Origin: Desulfobacteraceae bacterium
GTDB taxonomy: Bacteria > Desulfobacterota > DSM-4660 > Desulfatiglandales > HGW-15
Direction: 5' to 3'
DNA length: 35,482 bases
Assembly (NCBI GenBank): GCA_050122535.1
Contig: JASFIT010000003.1
Location: 1-35,482 of the forward strand
Position 1 is the first letter of the stretch. Each line of letters opens with the position of its first letter. Positions 1 to 8,381 of this stretch are shown piece after piece. Under the pieces are notes generated by a model that did no database searches, was not told where the DNA came from, and saw only the letters and a list, made by a program, of their open reading frames with translations. The translations under genes and the position numbers were made by a program.

Positions 1-131
1 CGCAAAGGGTTTGGCGTGTTTACTGAATTACTGCAATGATTATATATGTTAGTATATTTTATTAAAGTTAAACATCAGATCTTATTCATATGAGAGAAAG
101 ACCCAATTTCTCTTTTAGAGGAGGGGAAAGT

Positions 132-527
132 ATGAATTGGAAGCAGTTAATCGTTACACTGCTCATCATATTCTTTTTCATGACGAGTATGGGTTGTACG
201 GCCGCATTGGTTGCCGGAGGGGCTGCTGCCGGAATCGGGACCTACAAGTATATCGAAGGTGAGCTCCAATCGACTGAAAAGGTGTCGTTGGATAAAGCTT
301 ACTCGGCCACAGAGAAGGCTATAGAAGAGCTTGAATTCACTATCACAAGCAAGCAAAAAGACGCTTTTGATGGAGAGTTGATCGCTAGGCGAGCGACAGG
401 CAAGAAGGTTGCGGTCAAGCTCAAGAGACTGTCGGATAATGTTACCGAAATAAAAATTCGTGTAGGAACGTTCGGGGATGAAGACATATCAAAGGATATT
501 CTCGATACCATGAAGAAGTATTTTTGA
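132..527 (+). CDS. DUF3568-like lipoprotein
   Basis: ATG132 after GAGGGG; signal peptide with lipobox-like SMG-C, then Gly/Ala-rich AALVAGGAAAG and C-terminal IRVGTFGD typical of DUF3568. Confidence 0.75.
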   Translation: MNWKQLIVTLLIIFFFMTSMGCTAALVAGGAAAGIGTYKYIEGELQSTEKVSLDKAYSATEKAIEELEFTITSKQKDAFDGELIARRATGKKVAVKLKRLSDNVTEIKIRVGTFGDEDISKDILDTMKKYF

Positions 528-770
528 GTGATATTTTGCTATATCTTGGGCTTGTAGGATTTCCCAATAGCCCTCTTCCCACCTGATTCATAGGGTTTTC
601 CCCTTTGATCCCTTTCTTGCCGCAGCTTAGAGGGGAAGTATGTAAATTCTTGCCATAACGTGGAAGTTGATTTCTTATGTTTGGGCGCTTTCTTGCCCAT
701 TTTCTGTGAGGTCCACGGGTTGGACCAACTTAAGTATTTATAATCACGCGAGATCCTGTCATGCCCTGGT

Positions 771-787
771 TTGGTATTAATCTTGCC
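771..787 (+). promoter_or_regulatory. sigma54 (-24/-12) promoter
   Basis: TTGGTATTAATCTTGCC; GG-N10-GC spacing, upstream of the membrane protein gene. Confidence 0.6.
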
Positions 788-892
788 ATTAATGTTAAAA
801 CGATGAGAGCTGGAGCAAGTTTGCCAGCCGCTTAGTCACTAATTATTTTGCCTATTGACAGTATTGCCTTACATACTCGCAAGGAAGTAGAA

Positions 893-1240
893 ATGCAAAG
901 AGCTTGTATATATGAAACACATTCTCCAAGAATTTTTGCCGTGATACTAGTCATTGTTTTACTTAGCATATCAGATGCCTATCTGACCTTGGATTTAATC
1001 AGCCGCGGGGCGGTAGAATTAAACCCAATAATGGCGTATTACCTGGATCACAGTGCGCTTGCGTTTTTCGGGATTAAATATTTATTGACTTGTGCGTCAA
1101 TCATCGTAATCTTGGCTATTAAGGACCTGTACCTGTTCAGGACCAAGGTTCAAGGGAAAATCTTATTTGTCTTCCACCTCATTGTACTAACTTCAGTCGT
1201 TCAATGGGAACTATACTTAGTTTTTGTTTGTCAGAGATAG
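893..1240 (+). CDS. DUF5658-like membrane protein (start could be TTG848)
   Basis: LLSISDAYLT...GAVELNPIM...FFGIKY motif, three hydrophobic segments; AAGGAAG upstream of ATG893. Confidence 0.7.
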   Translation: MQRACIYETHSPRIFAVILVIVLLSISDAYLTLDLISRGAVELNPIMAYYLDHSALAFFGIKYLLTCASIIVILAIKDLYLFRTKVQGKILFVFHLIVLTSVVQWELYLVFVCQR

Positions 1241-1396
1241 CGATACATTGTAATTTTGCCCTCAAAGTGCCTTCGGGTTCTGTGGTAAGGTTTTTCCATG
1301 CACACCCCGTTTTTGATCTGATTAGCCCTGGGAATTATAAATCCAACTCACATTCCTATCACATCCTGAGAAAGGGCGTTTTTTGTCAATAACAAC

Positions 1397-1424
1397 TTGA
1401 TTTTAGCCAAAAATAGGCTATGAT
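1397..1424 (+). promoter_or_regulatory. sigma70-type promoter of csp gene
   Basis: TTGATT-N16-TATGAT, giving a ~120-nt 5' leader as is typical of csp mRNAs. Confidence 0.45.
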
Positions 1425-1551
1425 GCCTCTTATCGATAAAGGTTTCCCTTTATGGGTGTTCGGGTTTCGTTCTCAGGGAAGGATTCAATGGTCAGAAGTG
1501 GCAACCTGAGGTTTGGAACCATGAGAATCTATTCAAAAGGAGGGCAGCGCT

Positions 1552-1752
1552 TTGGCAGAAGGAACGGTAAAATGGTTTAGTGAAAAGAAGGGATATGGCT
1601 TCATTGAGCAAGAAGACGGTCCTGATGTATTTGTTCATCATTCAGGAATCAGTGGGGAAGGCTTCAAGTCACTCAGAGAAGGCGACAGGGTCACCTTTGA
1701 CATAGAGCAAGGTCAAAAAGGCCCTTCTGCGGTAAATGTCACGGTAGTTTAA
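1552..1752 (+). CDS. cold-shock domain protein
   Basis: GTVKWF, RNP1 KGYGFI, RNP2 VFVHHS; GGAGG then TTG start. Confidence 0.97.
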   Translation: MAEGTVKWFSEKKGYGFIEQEDGPDVFVHHSGISGEGFKSLREGDRVTFDIEQGQKGPSAVNVTVV

Positions 1753-1772
1753 CAACTGTTGGGAGTTGAAAG

Positions 1773-1816
1773 AAGGGCAGCCCATGGAATAATGATGGGT
1801 TGCCTTTGTTTATTTT
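1773..1816 (+). terminator. intrinsic terminator after csp
   Basis: AAGGGCAGCCCAT / ATGGGTTGCCTTT stem then T-rich tract. Confidence 0.75.
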
Positions 1817-1909
1817 GATCGAAAAATTCAAGGAGAATGGAATCTGCAACGGAACTCTCTGGTCGGCCAGGAATGATTTTGGCAAGAATTGTAGAATAGC
1901 TGAGGAAGA

Positions 1910-2725
1910 ATGTTTGCTATGAAAGCCCTAAAAAGAACAAGTGTATCGGCCGTAATGGTATTATATTTGGGGGTTGGCCTCTGCTATGCTCAGAATCCTG
2001 CTAAACAAATCTCGGATAAAGCTTTGGAGTATGCTGCTGAAGGGAAATTTACAGAGGCCCAAGAGGAATTTGAAGAGGCCTTAAAGATTGACGCGTTCTA
2101 TGAACCTGCAAAAAGAAGTTTGAAAATCATTGAAGATGTCATTGCCCAGAAAATAGAAGTCGAGACGGCTTTTCATCTGTTTAGGGGGGCAGTCTATCAC
2201 AACAGGGGGCAACTGAGTAAAGCAATTGGCGAGTACAATAAAGCCATAGAGATAAATCCTAAGTATGCTCCAGTCTACAACAATCGTGGATTCGCCCATA
2301 TTGGCAAAGGCGAGTATGACCAGGCCATCTCTGATTTCAATAAGGCCATAGAAATAAACCCTAAGTTTGCTATGGCCTACAACAATCGGGGGTATGCCTA
2401 CAGCGTAAAAGGCGAGTATGACCAGGCTATCTCTGACTCATACAAGGCCATAGTGTTAAACCCCAAGCTTCCTATGGCTTACAACAATCGGGGGCTTGCC
2501 TATCTCAATAAAGGCGAGTATGACCAGGCTATCTCTGACTGCAATAAGGCCTTGGAGGTAAATCCGAGGGATGCTATGGCTTACAACATTCGCGCGGTTG
2601 CCTATTTTTTCAAAAGAGAATTCGATAAGTCATGGCATGACGTCTATCAAGCACAAAATTTGGGATATCCAGTCCGTCAAGAGTTTCTCAAATCTCTCAG
2701 AGAAGCCTCAGGAAGAGAGAGATGA
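1910..2725 (+). CDS. exported tetratricopeptide repeat protein
   Basis: signal peptide (LCYA-Q); repeated AYNNRG...KGEYDQAISD..KAIEINP 34-aa units. Confidence 0.92.
   Translation: MFAMKALKRTSVSAVMVLYLGVGLCYAQNPAKQISDKALEYAAEGKFTEAQEEFEEALKIDAFYEPAKRSLKIIEDVIAQKIEVETAFHLFRGAVYHNRGQLSKAIGEYNKAIEINPKYAPVYNNRGFAHIGKGEYDQAISDFNKAIEINPKFAMAYNNRGYAYSVKGEYDQAISDSYKAIVLNPKLPMAYNNRGLAYLNKGEYDQAISDCNKALEVNPRDAMAYNIRAVAYFFKREFDKSWHDVYQAQNLGYPVRQEFLKSLREASGRER
2306..2590 (+). repeat. 102-bp intragenic tandem repeat (TPR units)
   Basis: AAAGGCGAGTATGACCAGGCYATCTCTGA recurs at 2306, 2408, 2510. Confidence 0.9.
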
Positions 2726-3065
2726 TCCATTGTAACGCCGCCCTAACCTAAGATTTTACCTGTTTACTTCCTCACATCATATTATATAGTCCATATTTGA
2801 CCTGTGAGTTTCCACTTCTCCTATTCATCTGCACTCTAGAGCATCCCGAAAAAATCCTGATTAGGTTTCATAATCTTTAGGCGGAGGTCAATGTAGGAGC
2901 CACAAGTATCAATAATCATACATCCAAGTGTGTTTTTCCTGCCTCATCATGTCCAGCTTACTGGATATGTGTTCCCGCCCCTCTCCTGCCTTTTCTGTCA
3001 CTCATGCTGCCTGTAAGCCGAAATATTTTATGAAAAATCTGGATCTAGAAATCAAAGTCTTTTTT

Positions 3066-3082
3066 TTGGCACGGTTCATGCT
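3066..3082 (+). promoter_or_regulatory. sigma54 promoter of PilZ gene
   Basis: TTGGCACGGTTCATGCT, 33 nt before ATG3116. Confidence 0.7.
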
Positions 3083-3115
3083 GCTTAGAAACGTGCGTGG
3101 GGTAGAGAAACGAGA

Positions 3116-3493
3116 ATGACAAAAGAAGAAAATATCGAGCGAAGAAAATATACGCGATTCCGGGCCAAAGATGGCGCCTTAATAGAAGTGCGCTCTCATC
3201 GAGGTAGACTGGGAGAAATTATAGACATCAGTAAGGGGGGACTCGCGTTTCGTTATATTGATATAGGAGATAGACCAAAAGGGTCTTTTGAGCTTGACAT
3301 ATTTTTGAAGGAAACTGGTTTTCGTTTGGAAAAGGTGCCGGCTAAGACCATTTCTGATCTCAAAACGACGAAGTATTTTCCTTACAGTTCAACGAAAACC
3401 AGACGACAGGGAGTACAGTTTGGTGAGCTTACACACAATCAGCTCTCCAAGTTGGAGGATTTTATCCAGAACTACACCACAGGTGAAGTGTAA
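3116..3493 (+). CDS. stand-alone PilZ domain protein (c-di-GMP receptor)
   Basis: RxxxR (ERRKYTR) and DxSxxG (DISKGG) motifs, GVQF near C-terminus. Confidence 0.9.
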   Translation: MTKEENIERRKYTRFRAKDGALIEVRSHRGRLGEIIDISKGGLAFRYIDIGDRPKGSFELDIFLKETGFRLEKVPAKTISDLKTTKYFPYSSTKTRRQGVQFGELTHNQLSKLEDFIQNYTTGEV

Positions 3494-3630
3494 TGGATCG
3501 TTCGGCTGATCGGTGAGCACCGGCCTGAAAAGGGTGTAACGCCCTAAGGTAGGGTCATCATCGCCCTGCTTCGTTGTCGCCTACCCACCTTTACATTCCC
3601 TCCTTTCTGCAGTGTTCTTCAACTCAGATA

Positions 3631-3669
3631 CGCACAACAATTTGTGCATCTTGCACAGTTTAGTGTGCA
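3631..3669. promoter_or_regulatory. tandem 18-bp palindromes, candidate upstream activator sites for a sigma54 enhancer-binding protein
   Basis: CGCACA-N6-TGTGCA (3631-3648) and TGCACA-N6-TGTGCA (3652-3669), 21-bp period, ending 97 and 76 bp upstream of a -24 box. Confidence 0.6.
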
Positions 3670-3743
3670 TCTTTTTGGACTGATCATCCGAACAGGTTGA
3701 AATAACCGCCCGAAAACTGAAGATAAATTATTCACCAGTTATT

Positions 3744-3760
3744 TTGGTATCATTCTTGCT
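3744..3760 (+). promoter_or_regulatory. sigma54 promoter
   Basis: TTGGTATCATTCTTGCT. Confidence 0.7.
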
Positions 3761-3938
3761 CAATTATAACGTGGGATCTGTTTTCTTATCTGTGGGCCAA
3801 GTCTTCAATTCATAAATAGGAAGAGGAAGTTATCACGCAGGCCTTAGTGCTGGGTAAGCGGAAGTCTTTAATGAATTCGAGAAAATAGGTCATGGTATTG
3901 GCAAACCGAAGCAGCAAGCCGTAGGAGGGGGTGATTTT

Positions 3939-4142
3939 ATGGCCGGTGAGTTTGTGATGCTCGAAGAGATGAAAAATATCTGCTACTGGGCAAGTCTTAT
4001 GTTACCCACAGTGATTTGCCTTCCTTTTATCCTCAGTAGATTAATTTACCAACTTGTAATATGGATGCGCCGCAATTCATCTAAACTTGGGTGGGAAGAT
4101 AATTATATCCAGCGCCTATCAATGAACCTTGGAAACCCCTAA
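3939..4142 (+). CDS. small membrane protein, paralog of 4919-5227
   Basis: GGAGGGGG RBS; hydrophobic segment; 20/59 ungapped identities to the 4919 ORF. Confidence 0.7.
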   Translation: MAGEFVMLEEMKNICYWASLMLPTVICLPFILSRLIYQLVIWMRRNSSKLGWEDNYIQRLSMNLGNP

Positions 4143-4257
4143 CGCAACCACTTAACCGAACCGACTTGCTTTGCTCATGAGTCAAAGCCCCTTATGTTAA
4201 AAGCGCCGGACCCGTTCCCAGTTCATTTTTGCACAGAGCAAGCGTGGAGAGAAACTC

Positions 4258-4464
4258 ATGGATAAACTAGAGAGCCTGCTAGATATCTTGTCGTCAGACC
4301 GTGAATATGAAAAGCGTTTCGCCATTGCAAAGGTCTCAAGGAGTTGCATTTGGTGTGGGGAAGAAGCTGTGGAGTTTAGAGACGCATCCGCCCGACTCGA
4401 ATATTTTGTCTCTGCCCTCTGTCAGAAGTGTCAAGACGAGTTTATTGGTGGAGGCGAGCAATGA
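4258..4464 (+). CDS. small CxxC...CxxC putative zinc-binding protein
   Basis: CIWC...FRD...EY..SALCQKCQD; GGAGAG RBS. Confidence 0.7.
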   Translation: MDKLESLLDILSSDREYEKRFAIAKVSRSCIWCGEEAVEFRDASARLEYFVSALCQKCQDEFIGGGEQ

Positions 4465-4661
4465 GGGCGACCCAAAAATCCTCAAACGGACTCGGTGTTG
4501 CATCAGCGTTTTCAGCTGGATAGACCGCTTGAAACGCTACTCCTTACCCCCTTCAGAAATAGGGTCTTTTTCGCTCAAGAATACGGATTTCACCTTGTTG
4601 ACCTTCCAATCCCCTTGAGTGCCCCGGCTTCCACTCGAGGGACCCACATACCAATGGTGCA

Positions 4662-4729
4662 GACCCCTGAGAGTTCTCATCCCCCCCAAAACAAGACTCC
4701 AGAACAATCCTCAGGGGTCATTCTTTTTT
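4662..4729 (+). terminator. hairpin / probable intrinsic terminator
   Basis: GACCCCTGAG / CTCAGGGGTC stem, large C-rich loop, then ATTCTTTTTT. Confidence 0.5.
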
Positions 4730-4871
4730 CAAGATCCTTTTCATGCCTTTCCCTCTTCTGTATGAAATAAGAAACACATTGTGTGCACTTATAAGCCAAG
4801 TACCAGATTTATTGCTGAATTGGCTTGAGCTAACCTTTTGGAGATTCAGGGAAACGGTTTTGAAGCCTGTT

Positions 4872-4888
4872 TTGGTATCTTTCTTGCT
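4872..4888 (+). promoter_or_regulatory. sigma54 promoter
   Basis: TTGGTATCTTTCTTGCT, 16/17 identical to 3744-3760. Confidence 0.72.
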
Positions 4889-4918
4889 GTCAGTCTAATA
4901 GGGAAGGGGGGTTGTTTC

Positions 4919-5227
4919 ATGGTGGGAGAATTCGTTTTTCTGACAGACATAAGCAATCTTTGCCAGTGGACAAATGCCATATCGGTCACAGTCGCTTGCG
5001 TTCCTTTTGTTCTCTTCGCATTTCTACACAAGATTATTCCACGAAGACCTAGCCAACTCTTCAAATTGGAATGGCGCAAAGACTACTTCGAGCGAGGTTT
5101 CTTGAGGATTGCCAGAACAGAGGGTGATACTCAGCAGAAGAAGAGGTTTGAAGATGGCGAAAGGGAAGTTCAAGTTCCTGGAGTCGAAGATCCTCAGCAG
5201 GCTGCTATCAACAAGCAGGCCGGTTAA
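4919..5227 (+). CDS. small membrane protein, paralog of 3939-4142
   Basis: GGAAGGGGGG RBS before ATG4919 (MVGEFVFL...); homology places the start here, not at TTG4838. Confidence 0.7.
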   Translation: MVGEFVFLTDISNLCQWTNAISVTVACVPFVLFAFLHKIIPRRPSQLFKLEWRKDYFERGFLRIARTEGDTQQKKRFEDGEREVQVPGVEDPQQAAINKQAG

Positions 5228-5678
5228 CGAAACGTCCCGGAATTTCTACGACTCGCTGCCGCCATAGCCTCTTTCCATTAATGGCGGGAACCTAACTTGT
5301 ATACCCATCCCATATCCACCCTGATGCCTTGACATTTGGGCATCTGACGTCATTCCTGATGAGGCCTTTTCTCCCATAAATCCTCGCCTTTAGATCGCGC
5401 TCGGTGATGGATAACAAACTCCATTGGCAAAGGCATTAGGTTACGTTGTGAGTATTCCTATCGCTCAGGGTGCCTATGTGCCCTGACAAGGTATTTCTGT
5501 TTCTTTTAGGCCCGGTGATCAGAATTTAATAAGGAATTTAGAACCAGAAAATCAGGTATTCCCCGATTGACCATCATAACGGAACAATCTTTATAATTAT
5601 TTTTAGGCATGTGGGACCCTGACATAGCTTAGAACGCATTGCTGTTATCTTGAGATAATCAAGCGGGGTTAATCAATC

Positions 5679-6590
5679 ATGGTTAAGCTTTATATTCTGG
5701 GAGGCCCTGAAAAAGGCAAGTCTTTTGACCTTGAAGGCGATCTCATGACGATTGGTAGAGGCTCTGATTGCCATATCCGAGTGAAGGACAAGTCAGTGTC
5801 TCGGAAGCATTTGGAAATTCTCAGGAAAGAGGACAAGTATTTCATCAAGGATCTAAAAAGCAAGAACGGGACATACGTTAATGACGAGCACATAAAGCCG
5901 GGGAAGCAATTTGAAATAGCACTGGGGCTTCTGGTCGCTATTGGCAAGACCTTGTTCTGCGTAAATGAAGCGTATCTGGCCGAAGATGATGGCTTGGCGA
6001 CTGTGCTGGATTCATTTGATCTCGCTAAAGAGATGAGCCAGAGCGGCACGGTCTTCGTACAAGATAGGCCCATGACGCCACAAAAAAATATAGAATTGCT
6101 TTACAAAGTATCCCATATCCTAAGGCAATCGCTAAACATCAACGAAATCTTGGAAAATATATTGCAGGACCTCTTGGATCTCCTCAAAAGAATCGACAGA
6201 GGCGTCTTTATCCTGGTGGATGGGAAGACGGGGGAATTATCAGATCCCATTGCCCTCATCAAAAAAGAGAACAGGGAGCCCTCTAAATCCTTTAGTCGGA
6301 CCATCGTGAGTCGAGTTATGACGAGAGGTAAACCAGTCATCATGTTGGACACCCTTAACGAGGATGAAGCTGATCTCTCAGCGAGCATGCACTCTATGAA
6401 AGTCCGCTCTGTCATGTGCGTTCCCTTGATTAGCAGGTCAAAACTACGAGGCGTTATCTATGTGGACTCTGTGGACAAACCCTATGGATTTCGAAGAGAG
6501 GATCTTTCTCTCCTCAGCACTCTAGGTGTGCCAGCCGCCATCGCCATAGAGAATGCCTCATTCTACAAAGAAGACGATACCATGACGTAG
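5679..6590 (+). CDS. FHA + GAF domain protein
   Basis: FHA motifs IGRG, VSRKH, SKNGT; GAF VRSVMCVPL...GVIYVDS...AIENA. Confidence 0.9.
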   Translation: MVKLYILGGPEKGKSFDLEGDLMTIGRGSDCHIRVKDKSVSRKHLEILRKEDKYFIKDLKSKNGTYVNDEHIKPGKQFEIALGLLVAIGKTLFCVNEAYLAEDDGLATVLDSFDLAKEMSQSGTVFVQDRPMTPQKNIELLYKVSHILRQSLNINEILENILQDLLDLLKRIDRGVFILVDGKTGELSDPIALIKKENREPSKSFSRTIVSRVMTRGKPVIMLDTLNEDEADLSASMHSMKVRSVMCVPLISRSKLRGVIYVDSVDKPYGFRREDLSLLSTLGVPAAIAIENASFYKEDDTMT

Positions 6591-6926
6591 AGCCAACTCC
6601 CCACTTGCTTCAATTTTGCTCCCATATGCCATTCATATCATGCGTCGGCATCCATTATCGAACGATGTTCAAAATCTCAGTCCAATCCATGGTGCCGTGA
6701 GTTCTAGGGGTTCCAGGAGAAGATTGATCCGATCATGGGATCGCCTAGAACCATCGGTCTCCCTTGAAATCTTTTTCCACATGTTATACGTATACTTTCA
6801 TGTTTTCATATCCCCGGCGAGAAGGTGCAAGCAAACACCCAGCGGAGGAGTTATCAATGACACACTCCCATCCACTAGATTCGAGGGGCACTCCCGTGGG
6901 GGGGGCTTGTGTCCAGCAGGCTACTT

Positions 6927-7565
6927 ATGATTAAAGATCAGATTTCAAAGGAGGATTTTTGCCTCTTCTGCCGCCTTCTTTACGATAGACACTTGGTTAC
7001 GGGTGTTGGGGGGAACGTCTCCGCACGGGTCGGAGACAAGTTTTTCATCACGCCATCCGGGTATTCCCTGAGAGGACTGAACCCGGACATGGTGGTCATT
7101 TTGGATCAGAAACAAAGGGTTCTAGAGGGCGGTGTTCCCACAAAGGACATGGAGGTGCATATGGGAATACTGGGCGTGAGACCTGATATCAGCGTGGTCT
7201 GCCATGTCCATGGGGCTTTCATTATTGCAGCATCTACCTTGCTGGATCCAGGCCCTGATGCATTGCCTCCCATTACGCCAGGGTTCGCCTATTTTGCCCA
7301 TCCCCTTACGATGGCCCCCTTTAGGGTGCCCGGGACAAGGGAGTTCGCAAGGGCCAGCACCGAACAATTCTCTCACCCCACATGCTGCGCCCTCCTCCTT
7401 CAGAATCATGGACTCGTAACGGTTGGAGAGAATTTCGAGGAAGCCATCAATATCGCCGAAGAGATTGATGAGGCGGCCAGGATATACCTCATGACAGATG
7501 GGAAGGCAAAGGCCATTTCTGAAGAGGATGTACGCAAAATAAAGGGGTCAGCCGCCAGCCCATAA
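6927..7565 (+). CDS. class II aldolase/adducin family protein
   Basis: GGNVSAR, ITPSG, HVH, LLQNHG metal-binding motifs. Confidence 0.9.
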   Translation: MIKDQISKEDFCLFCRLLYDRHLVTGVGGNVSARVGDKFFITPSGYSLRGLNPDMVVILDQKQRVLEGGVPTKDMEVHMGILGVRPDISVVCHVHGAFIIAASTLLDPGPDALPPITPGFAYFAHPLTMAPFRVPGTREFARASTEQFSHPTCCALLLQNHGLVTVGENFEEAINIAEEIDEAARIYLMTDGKAKAISEEDVRKIKGSAASP

Positions 7566-7670
7566 GGCAACCCATTGTCCGATTTATGCCGGATATATTT
7601 TCAGGATAAGACAAATTTCGCGGTCTCAAAATGAACCGTTTTTCCACAGGATTACAGTTTGTTTTTCCCT

Positions 7671-7699
7671 TTGACCGGGAACGGAATCTCTGCTATAAG
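7671..7699 (+). promoter_or_regulatory. sigma70-type promoter
   Basis: TTGACC-N17-TATAAG with extended -10 TG. Confidence 0.5.
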
Positions 7700-7736
7700 C
7701 ATTTCAACCCACAGAAAAAACGAGGGAGGATTAGCC

Positions 7737-8243
7737 ATGACTGAAGAGAGCCCATTGAAAGATAAGGTCATCCTGGTGGTTGACGACGAACCTGATGTGC
7801 TTGAAACAGTGGAGGAAGAGCTGGATATGTGCTTAGTCCACAAGGCGCAAGATTATGAGACGGCCCTTCAATACCTCTTGAGCTATACCTATGATGTGGT
7901 CATCCTGGATATCATGGGGGTTAACGGGTTCGAACTCTTGAAGAATTCCGTGTCGAGGGGTTTTCCGGCGGTCATGCTCACGGCCCATGCCTTGACACCC
8001 GATGCATTGAAGAAATCCATGAAACTTGGGGCCGTCTCTTTCCTGCCGAAAGAAAAGATGGCGGAGCTGCAGGACTTCCTCGAAGATGTGGTCACTGACG
8101 GCCATAAGGCGGTTTGGGTGAAGTTCTTTGATCGGCTTGGGGCCTATTTCAATAAACGATTCGGTCCAGACTGGAAGGAAAAGGACAAGTTTTTCCAGGA
8201 CTTTGAAGAGTCTGCTAGGAAGAGTGAAGAGAAGAGCGAGTAA
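7737..8243 (+). CDS. single-domain response regulator (receiver)
   Basis: VVDDE, LDIMG phospho-Asp, MLTA, LPK; GGAGG RBS before ATG7737. Confidence 0.92.
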   Translation: MTEESPLKDKVILVVDDEPDVLETVEEELDMCLVHKAQDYETALQYLLSYTYDVVILDIMGVNGFELLKNSVSRGFPAVMLTAHALTPDALKKSMKLGAVSFLPKEKMAELQDFLEDVVTDGHKAVWVKFFDRLGAYFNKRFGPDWKEKDKFFQDFEESARKSEEKSE

Positions 8244-8381
8244 CCCACTACAGCCTTTGAAACGGCCTTTTCATGCTTGGAGAGTTTGAGGCACCACTGT
8301 GCCTTAACATAGGACTATCAAGCTGATAGCCTTTCCCCGGCATCCCGCCAGTAAAGTCACTTTCCACTGAAAGCAACCCTT

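Noticed and set aside
803-847. ATG803 in frame with the DUF5658-like ORF through a TAG at 833 (possible pyrrolysine readthrough)
   Set aside because: No RBS, the added peptide is not family-like, and there are no pyl genes in the window; ATG893 explains the gene
3880-3930. GGCAAAC in the leader of the 3939 gene (c-di-GMP-I riboswitch-like start)
   Set aside because: The following GAAA tetraloop stem, GACGCAAAG and receptor stem are absent
5246-5377. ~43-aa minus-strand ORF (MGEKASSG...) with GAGG upstream
   Set aside because: No recognisable motif or other support; length is compatible with chance
6600-6920. Possible riboswitch upstream of the class II aldolase
   Set aside because: Hairpins are present (GTTCTAGG/CCTAGAAC) but no SAM, ZTP or other consensus was recognisable
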